From NCBI GenBank assembly GCA_965261935.1, contig OZ253485.1, forward strand, positions 472,388 to 536,387: DNA of 64,000 nucleotides, read 5' to 3'. A model generated the notes under the pieces. It saw only the letters and a program-made list of their open reading frames with translations. It was not told the origin of the DNA and ran no database searches. The stretch comes from Dehalococcoidia bacterium. Its GTDB lineage: Bacteria > Chloroflexota > Dehalococcoidia > Lucifugimonadales > G963668185. The translations under genes and the position numbers were made by a program. Positions 62,371 through 64,000 of this stretch are shown in pieces. Numbering within the stretch: the stretch's first letter is position 1; each line of letters opens with the position of its first letter.

Positions 62371-63747
62371 TCAGCAGGACGGCAGGTCGCCAAGGTCAGA
62401 AGAATAAGATCCTCTAAACCGGGCTTCCATGCTGCGTGGCACGCACCCGCTCAAGTCGTTTTGGCTGAGGTACAGCTCTTTCAGGTTGGCGAGGCTGCCC
62501 AGCTCCGGCGGTATCTCCCCGCTCAAGTCGTTTTGGCTGAGGTACAGCTTTTGCAGGTTGGCGAGGCTGCCCAGCTCCGGCGGTATCTCCCCGCTCAACT
62601 CGTTGCCGCTGAGGTACAGCTCTTTCAGGTTGGCGAGGCTGCCCAGCTCCGGCGGTATCTCCCCGCTCAACTCGTTGCCGCTGAGGTACAGCTCTTTCAG
62701 GTTGGCGAGGCTGCCCAGCTCCGGCGGTATCTCCCCGCTCAACTGGTTCCCGCCGAGGGACAGCGTGTACAGGTTGGCGAGGCTGCCCAGCCAGGGCGGT
62801 ATCTCCCCGCTCAACTCGTTGCCAAAGAGGTACAGCTTCCTCAGGCTAGAGAGGCTGCCCAGCTCCGGCGGTATCTCCCCACTCAACTGATTGCTGCGGA
62901 GGGTCAGCCTTGTCAGGTTGGCGAGGCTGCCCAGCTCCGGCGGTATCTCCCCACTCAACTGATTGCTGCCGAGATCCAGCTCTGTCAGGCTGGAGAGGCT
63001 GCCCAGCTCCGGCGGTATCTCCCCACTCAACTCGTTGCGGCTGAGGCCCAGCCGTTCCAGGTTGGAGAGGCTGCCCAGCTCCGGCGGTATCTCCCCGCTC
63101 AAATCGTTGACGCCGAGGGACAGCCGTATCAGGTTGGCGAAGCTGCCCAGCTCCGGCGGTATCTCCCCGCTCAACTCGTTGCCGAAGAGGTCCAGCTCTT
63201 GCAGGTTGGCGAGGCTGCCCAGCTCCGGCGGTATCTCCCCGCTCAAATCGTTGTCGTAGAGGTACAGCCGTGTCAGGTTGGCGAGGCTGCCCAGCTCCGG
63301 CGGTATCTCCCCGCTCAAATCGCTCCAGTCGAGGTCCAGCTCTGTGACTCGACCGTTGACGTCAGTGTCGACGCCGTACCATTCGCCCAGGGGCGCGTCA
63401 CTCAGCCAGTTTGTATTGTGTTTCCAGTTCTCACCGTCCGTTGCGTTGTAGAGGGCAACCAGGGCTTCCCGGTCCGTTGCCGCCGAGGTCCGCCCAATGG
63501 TGAGCAGCGGCGCTTTGGTAGCCGTCGGCCGCGGCGCAGCGGTGGCCGTGGGCGCGTCCCCCGGCATTGTGGTGGAAGCTGCCGCTTCCGTCGCGGGCGT
63601 GGATGCGGCCTCCGTCCGGGGCGTCGTAGCCCGCTCTCCGTCGGCGTCCGGCGCATCGCCGCCGCAGGCTATGAGGACTGCCGACAGCGCCAGGGCAAGG
63701 ACGATGCCCAGCAAGGTAAGCCATCTCGTCGTTCCTGAACTCGTCAT
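62371..63747 (-). CDS. Leucine-rich repeat lipoprotein paralog (13 repeats)
   Basis: Same architecture; near-identical N-terminal region and C-cap, different repeat set. Confidence 0.92.
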   Translation of the reverse strand: MTSSGTTRWLTLLGIVLALALSAVLIACGGDAPDADGERATTPRTEAASTPATEAAASTTMPGDAPTATAAPRPTATKAPLLTIGRTSAATDREALVALYNATDGENWKHNTNWLSDAPLGEWYGVDTDVNGRVTELDLDWSDLSGEIPPELGSLANLTRLYLYDNDLSGEIPPELGSLANLQELDLFGNELSGEIPPELGSFANLIRLSLGVNDLSGEIPPELGSLSNLERLGLSRNELSGEIPPELGSLSSLTELDLGSNQLSGEIPPELGSLANLTRLTLRSNQLSGEIPPELGSLSSLRKLYLFGNELSGEIPPWLGSLANLYTLSLGGNQLSGEIPPELGSLANLKELYLSGNELSGEIPPELGSLANLKELYLSGNELSGEIPPELGSLANLQKLYLSQNDLSGEIPPELGSLANLKELYLSQNDLSGCVPRSMEARFRGSYSSDLGDLPSC

Positions 63748-64000
63748 TATCGTGACCTCCTATCTTTGCTTCGCGCAGAGCGTCCGGGGAAGAAGGAGCG
63801 CCTTCTCCTGTAAGACGGGCTGGAGCCGGTGAGAGAACTCTAAGCTTAGGGTTGTAACGGACAAGAGGCATAGTTGCCCTATCCGTTATCCTGCACACTG
63901 AACTCCCCTATCCAGCGCAGGTTTTCAACGCCTGGGCCTGCCGCTCGGTAAAACCTCTGGTCGGCGGTCCACAGCTCGCAATCGAGACTCTCAGCCAGCG

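Noticed and set aside
60354-63738. Very long plus-strand ORFs (687 aa, 457 aa, 283 aa) with QVGEAAQLRRYLPAQ repeats
   Set aside because: These are antisense shadows of the 72-nt LRR repeats; the minus-strand frames have the RBS, lipobox and caps.
45196-63747. Possible CRISPR array or DGR suggested by regular repeats
   Set aside because: The repeats are in-frame coding units without unique spacers. No cas or reverse transcriptase gene is present, and the variation is not adenine-specific.

Overview
This is a GC-rich bacterial window. Its gene content suggests Chloroflexota/Dehalococcoidia (SAR202-like), and the eukaryote-like repeat proteins suggest a host-associated, possibly sponge, symbiont; both are inference. 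1-22.7 kb is core-like metabolic DNA: an Ldh_2 dehydrogenase translationally coupled to an ABC-2 exporter, two cupredoxin lipoproteins plus a cupredoxin remnant, a stand-alone dnaN, a glutathione-independent formaldehyde dehydrogenase, two GlcG/HbpS heme-binding proteins, a form-II coxSLM-DEG cluster, an HcnB/HcnC-like oxidase pair, a creatinase/DoeA-like M24 protein and a SelA-like PLP enzyme. tRNA-Ala(GGC) at 22770-22842 is the attachment site of a P4-type tyrosine-integrase island of about 21.5 kb. It ends in a degenerate att core near 44325 that has integrase arm repeats on both sides, which suggests a second, decayed element in tandem. Island cargo includes AlpA regulators, two inverted IS481-like copies, IS1182, a broken IS21 fused to an IS3 end, a NarL two-component pair, a cadherin/Ig-repeat adhesin broken by a stop codon and an 18-G tract, and a Leu/Ile/Val-type binding protein. 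The right part holds a 4799-aa Calx-beta adhesin of about 40 domains and a tandem array of plant-type LRR lipoproteins with a constant framework and hypervariable surface positions. The most notable observations are the variable LRR array, a shared amphipathic N-terminal leader on GlcG2 and CoxS, the tandem att architecture, and a second att-like motif present twice (30.2 kb and 60.0 kb).
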